A DNA stretch of 19,782 nt, from NCBI GenBank assembly GCA_039803745.1, contig JBDRZD010000034.1:1-19782 (forward strand), written 5' to 3'. The position numbers and the translations under genes are program-made. Each line of letters starts with the position of its first letter. The first letter of the stretch is position 1. The notes below the pieces were generated by a model that ran no database searches, was not told the origin of the DNA, and worked only from the letters and a program-made list of their open reading frames with translations. Of the stretch, positions 17,155 to 19,782 are shown piece by piece. This DNA is from a candidate division WOR-3 bacterium (GTDB lineage: Bacteria; Hydrothermota; Hydrothermia; Hydrothermales; Hydrothermaceae).

Positions 17155-17414
17155 CCTTTCCTTTCTCTTCCCTTTTCAAGTTCTTCTATTATTTTCTCAA
17201 TATTCTCTCTATCCTCAAGCATCTTATAGAATCTTTGATAATTTTTAAAAGAAAAAATTGAATTTACAAAAGGTTCAAGAAAAACAAAGAATTGAGAAGT
17301 TATGAAGGAAATAGGTTTTAAAGATTCTAAAAGTAAAATAGCAGGAACTTCAAGTTTAAGTTCTAATATTCTTTTAACAATCCTTTCTATTAAGTCATCG
17401 TATCTTTCTTCCAT
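17151..17414 (-). CDS. Small conserved-looking hypothetical protein (87 aa)
   Basis: Fills the gcvPB-purL gap and overlaps purL by ATGA. Amphipathic [26 protein letters not shown]...LEDRENIE, with composition like the neighbouring genes. Confidence 0.8.
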   Translation of the reverse strand: MEERYDDLIERIVKRILELKLEVPAILLLESLKPISFITSQFFVFLEPFVNSIFSFKNYQRFYKMLEDRENIEKIIEELEKGRERKG

Positions 17415-18841
17415 CTCAAAACAGGGTTTCTATTTGCAAGCGTCTCATCCAATCTTCTTACACAAGTTTTATGGGGGGCATTTTTAACTATTTCAGGATT
17501 TTCCTCCGCCTCTTTAACTATTTTTCTTAAAGCCTCTGCAAAAGCATCAAGTGTTTCCTTTGATTCACTTTCTGTTGGTTCTATCATGAGTGCCTCTGGA
17601 ACAATTAATGGAAAGTATATCGTTGGTGCATGAAATCCATAATCTAAAAGCCTTTTTGCAATATCAAGTGTTTTTACACCATATTTTCTTTTTAAATTTT
17701 CCCCTGAAACAACAAATTCGTGCATGCATGGAAAATCTTTATAAGGATTCTCAAACAAATCTTTTATTTTTTCTCTTAAATAATTAGCATTCAAAACAGC
17801 GTCTTCTGAAACTTTTCTCAGTCCATCACTTCCCATAATCAATATATATGTATAAGCCTTTACCATTACAAGAAAATTCCCATAAAAAGAGTGCATCTTA
17901 CCTATTGAATCAGGAAAATCATAAGAAAATTTATATTTCCCATTTTCAAAAACTATTCTTGGAACTGGTAAATATTTTTCCAGTTCCTTTTTAACTCCAA
18001 TAGGTCCTGAACCAGGTCCTCCTCCACCATGTGGCGCTGAAAATGTTTTATGCAGGTTAAAGTGAACAATATCAAATCCGAGGTCAGCAGGTTTTATAAT
18101 ACCAAGTAATGCATTCAAATTTGCACCATCAAGATAAACAAGTGCACCAACTTCATGAAGAAGTTCGGTAATCTCGCATATTTCTACTTCAAAAAGACCA
18201 AGTGTATTTGGGTTTGTAATCATTATAGCAGCAACATCCTCATTCAAATTCTTCTTAAGTTCTGGAATTGAAATTAATCCTTTTTCATTTGATTTTATTG
18301 TTTTTGCAACATAACCTGAAAGAGTAACAGATGCTGGATTTGTCCCATGAGCAGAATCAGGAACAAGAACATATTTTCTCGGATTCCCCTTTTTAGTATG
18401 ATATTTTCTTACAATTAACATACCTGTAAGTTCACCGTTTGCACCTGCTGCTGGCTGAAGTGATACTGCATCCATTCCTGATATTTCACATAAAAATTTT
18501 TCAAGTTCATACATAAGTTTTAATGCACCTTGAGAAAATTCTTCAGGAGTTAAAGGATGAAGATTTGTAAAACCTGGCAAACGGGCAAGTTCCTCATTTA
18601 TTTTTGGATTATATTTCATTGTGCATGAGCCAAGTGGATAAAAACCCTTATCAACATGATAATTTCTTTCTGCTAATGCGTTAAAGTGCCTTACAATTTC
18701 TGTTTCAGAAACCTCTGGCAAAATTGCCTCTTTTTCCCTCAAATATTTTTCCGGTATATATTTTTTAATATCAAAATCAGGAATTTCTGGAAATTTTAAA
18801 GCCCTTTTACCCTTTACACTTTTTTCAAGAAGTATTTCCAA
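17390..18841 (-). CDS. gcvPB: Glycine dehydrogenase (decarboxylating) subunit 2, glycine cleavage P protein beta
   Basis: [41 protein letters not shown], the PLP-lysine motif [16 protein letters not shown], and EPTESES. 483 aa. TTG start with a perfect SD. Confidence 0.96.
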   Translation of the reverse strand: MEILLEKSVKGKRALKFPEIPDFDIKKYIPEKYLREKEAILPEVSETEIVRHFNALAERNYHVDKGFYPLGSCTMKYNPKINEELARLPGFTNLHPLTPEEFSQGALKLMYELEKFLCEISGMDAVSLQPAAGANGELTGMLIVRKYHTKKGNPRKYVLVPDSAHGTNPASVTLSGYVAKTIKSNEKGLISIPELKKNLNEDVAAIMITNPNTLGLFEVEICEITELLHEVGALVYLDGANLNALLGIIKPADLGFDIVHFNLHKTFSAPHGGGGPGSGPIGVKKELEKYLPVPRIVFENGKYKFSYDFPDSIGKMHSFYGNFLVMVKAYTYILIMGSDGLRKVSEDAVLNANYLREKIKDLFENPYKDFPCMHEFVVSGENLKRKYGVKTLDIAKRLLDYGFHAPTIYFPLIVPEALMIEPTESESKETLDAFAEALRKIVKEAEENPEIVKNAPHKTCVRRLDETLANRNPVLRWKKDTMT

Positions 18842-18846
18842 TTTTT

Positions 18847-18852
18847 CCTCCT
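18847..18852 (-). promoter_or_regulatory. Shine-Dalgarno of gcvPB
   Basis: AGGAGG on the minus strand, 5 nt before the TTG start at 18841. Confidence 0.85.
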
Positions 18853-18866
18853 TTTTAAATTTAAAA

Positions 18867-19484
18867 TTATAAAGAAGATAAATCTTTTACTTCAATTTCG
18901 CCAAAAGGCTCCTTTTCTTTTATTAAAATTCCAGAAAATCTATATACACTTGTATCCTTATCCTTCCATGCATTATCAGGTAATCCTGCTTTTAAACAGG
19001 TTTCTGAAAGAAACTCCTCTTCATTAAAATTCCATTCAATTGCAACCTGTGGTAAAAGGAGTCCCTTAAATATACCTCTTTGGACAATTAAACCATGCTT
19101 CCCAATCTCTATTTGATTTATATAATCTTCTGGCTCCCCCGTGAGTTTCTCTGGCTCTGTTAAAATTGTAAGTTCAATAACTATTTTTGAAAATTCCTCT
19201 TTTTTTAAAGGATTAAAACGGGGATCACAAAAAGCAGATTCATAAGAGGAAATAATAACTGCTTTCCATAAAGGATAGACTGGATAAGGAACTCCTATAC
19301 ACCCCCTTAATTTTTTCTCAGGATAAACATAAAGACTTGTAAAAACTCCCCTTTTATAATTGAATTCTTCTTTAATCTCTTTGCTTGTATCAATATTTTC
19401 AGGCTCATACATTTTCCCTTTTAGCCCCTTTTCAATACTTTCCCTTGCAAGATTTATTAAAATTTTTGCCTTTTCCTTTTCCAT
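18867..19484 (-). CDS. AMMECR1 domain protein (TIGR00296 / AmmeMemoRadiSam protein A family), 205 aa
   Basis: RGVF, signature [31 protein letters not shown] and TCLKAGL. Start re-assigned to ATG 19484 because the track's TTG at 19523 is the -35 hexamer. Confidence 0.92.
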   Translation of the reverse strand: MEKEKAKILINLARESIEKGLKGKMYEPENIDTSKEIKEEFNYKRGVFTSLYVYPEKKLRGCIGVPYPVYPLWKAVIISSYESAFCDPRFNPLKKEEFSKIVIELTILTEPEKLTGEPEDYINQIEIGKHGLIVQRGIFKGLLLPQVAIEWNFNEEEFLSETCLKAGLPDNAWKDKDTSVYRFSGILIKEKEPFGEIEVKDLSSL

Positions 19485-19493
19485 AATATTTTT

Positions 19494-19523
19494 ATTTTGC
19501 TCTAAAAAGGGATAATTTGTCAA
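19494..19523 (-). promoter_or_regulatory. Putative sigma70-type promoter for the AMMECR1...radical SAM unit
   Basis: Minus strand: TTGACA (19523-19518), 18 nt, CAAAAT (19499-19494), 9 nt, ATG. An AT-rich UP-like tract lies upstream. It shares TTGACAAATT with the promoter at 8974. Confidence 0.6.
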
Positions 19524-19591
19524 TTAAATTTAAGAATATAAAATTTTATTGAAAAAAAGAGCTTCTTTTCTTTATCCTAATTTATCTCCTA

Positions 19592-19782
19592 ATGGTAATA
19601 GAAGTAATTGTGAGGGTTACAAGTCCTTCAGGAAGACCTGTTCAGGGTTTTCCAGTTAATTTAACTGCAAGAGCAGTCCTTTATAGTGGGGGACATGACC
19701 ATGATGGCAATAGACCTGTTGGTATATTTGAGCAAAATCATGGACAGACAAACGAAAATGGAGAATTCAGAACTTATTATTA
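19592..19782 (+). CDS. Partial ORF running off the window; Ig-like (Big_1/invasin-like) beta-sandwich segment, possibly a gene fragment
   Basis: Open frame MVIEVIVRVTSPSGRPVQGFPVNLTARAVLYSGGHDHDGNRPVGIFEQNHGQTNENGEFRTYY. The VxVxVT..G.PV.G..V.L and G.T..NG.F patterns are Ig-like. No clear SD, so the start is uncertain. Confidence 0.6.
   Translation, partial: MVIEVIVRVTSPSGRPVQGFPVNLTARAVLYSGGHDHDGNRPVGIFEQNHGQTNENGEFRTYY

Noticed and set aside
656..17787. Short ORFs in the track (656-853, 1460-1663, 5468-5737, 6251-6451, 6414-6608, 7086-7301, 7353-7613, 8202-8384, 9251-9451, 11217-11486, 11288-11473, 11811-12056, 13800-13997, 14399-14683, 17302-17487, 17590-17787)
   Set aside because: All lie antisense to or out of frame within well-supported genes, with shadow-frame composition and no motifs.
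19485..19523. 13-codon extension of AMMECR1 from TTG 19523
   Set aside because: The TTG is the -35 hexamer of the probable promoter, there is no SD, and family similarity begins after ATG 19484.
19555..19569. Inverted repeat AAAAGA-GCT-TCTTTT as a terminator
   Set aside because: The stem is weak and AT-rich, and it lies between divergent gene starts where no transcript needs to end.

Overview
AT-rich bacterial chromosomal window. The window opens in the last ~105 nt of a 23S rRNA gene (+). No 5S gene follows it. Next comes a + strand secreted protein (Ig-like Big_5 domain, 8 FG-GAP/VCBS repeats, T9SS-type C-terminal domain) whose true start appears frameshifted in a poly-T tract. Thirteen tightly packed minus-strand genes fill 2253..19484 and appear to form two transcription units, each behind a TTGACA-N18 promoter whose start site falls at or near the first ATG. 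Unit 1: AMMECR1-family gene, gcvPB, small hypothetical, PurS2-fused purL, GT4 glycosyltransferase, ftsK, DUF1464 ASKHA-fold protein, radical SAM/SPASM. Unit 2: YfgM-like TPR protein, DUF4870/Tic20-like membrane protein, clpC, bamA, and an Skp/OmpH fused to a TolB-N/CsgG-like domain. A partial + strand ORF runs off the right end. BamA/Skp indicate a diderm. The T9SS-like CTD, GC-rich rRNA stems and K/E-rich proteins suggest (inference only) a thermophilic FCB-related lineage such as WOR-3. The best novelty candidates are the unit 2 envelope-biogenesis operon with its Skp fusion, the DUF1464 + rSAM pair, leaderless promoters, the unlinked 5S and the homopolymer frameshift. No CRISPR, tRNA or mobile element was seen. 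All family assignments come from motif recognition by eye; no searches were run.
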